This document shows positions 38,127 to 38,424 of a stretch of DNA of 38,424 nt, piece by piece; within the stretch, counting starts at the first letter, position 1; every line of letters starts with the position of its first letter. The notes beneath the pieces are model-generated. The model had not been told where the DNA came from. It saw nothing but the letters and a program-made list of their open reading frames with translations, and searched no databases. Source of the DNA: Paraphysomonas bandaiensis (lineage: Eukaryota; Protista; Chrysophyceae); assembly GCA_965644295.1 (NCBI GenBank), contig CBFFRP010000526.1:1-38424 (forward strand), given 5' to 3'. The translations under genes were made by a program, and so were the position numbers.

Positions 38127-38424
38127 GGATAAAAACCTCAAATATGTATTTTGTGATTTTAACAATAATTACTTTTTATCAGATTTGGTGACAATTATGA
38201 CAACGATGATTCAACTGAATTTGAACTCTAATACATTCTGTGGAGGACAAAAATCATAACCAACCGAAGTATGCACAACTCAACGTGTGACAGAAGTTGC
38301 GTGGTATCCAGCGTGTACAACAAGAAACAGAAATGCAATAACATAATATTTCGATTAGGGTTAGGGTTACAAGAAAGAAAGTCTGATTATTACTTTGTTG
38401 CCTCTTTACTAGTCTGGTAGAGTG

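Overview
Eukaryotic genomic DNA with GT-AG introns; a stramenopile/chrysophyte-like protist is my inference from gene style only. The 'MYVYHCIC...' ORFs in the track are artefacts. 1.6-21.3 kb is an array of 75 complete (plus 1 truncated) 99-bp phase-0 exons, each encoding exactly one 33-aa ankyrin repeat (e.g. DGSTALHWAASGGHRDTCEYLISKGADVTIRNN), separated by near-identical introns that carry a variable-copy 20-bp minisatellite. The array has two opposed arms meeting at 9752. 45 exons on the - strand follow an ankyrin N-cap first exon (22275-22183). 30 open exons lie inverted on the + strand with no visible first exon; they abut a truncated Copia-like gag-protease relic. Amino-acid variation is concentrated at the ankyrin target-binding positions and is combinatorially reassorted. 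Marker variants are mirror-symmetric about the inversion point, and one exon has been cleanly swapped between identical introns. Together this suggests a natural DARPin-like cassette library diversified by inversion and gene conversion. Divergently oriented from it, past a decayed hAT transposon, is a ~12.5-kb gene for a surface receptor with three hypervariable LRR modules, a PT/PS stalk, REJ, EGF, a GPS-like motif and several TM segments, with one frameshift. Exon counts and translations were done by eye.
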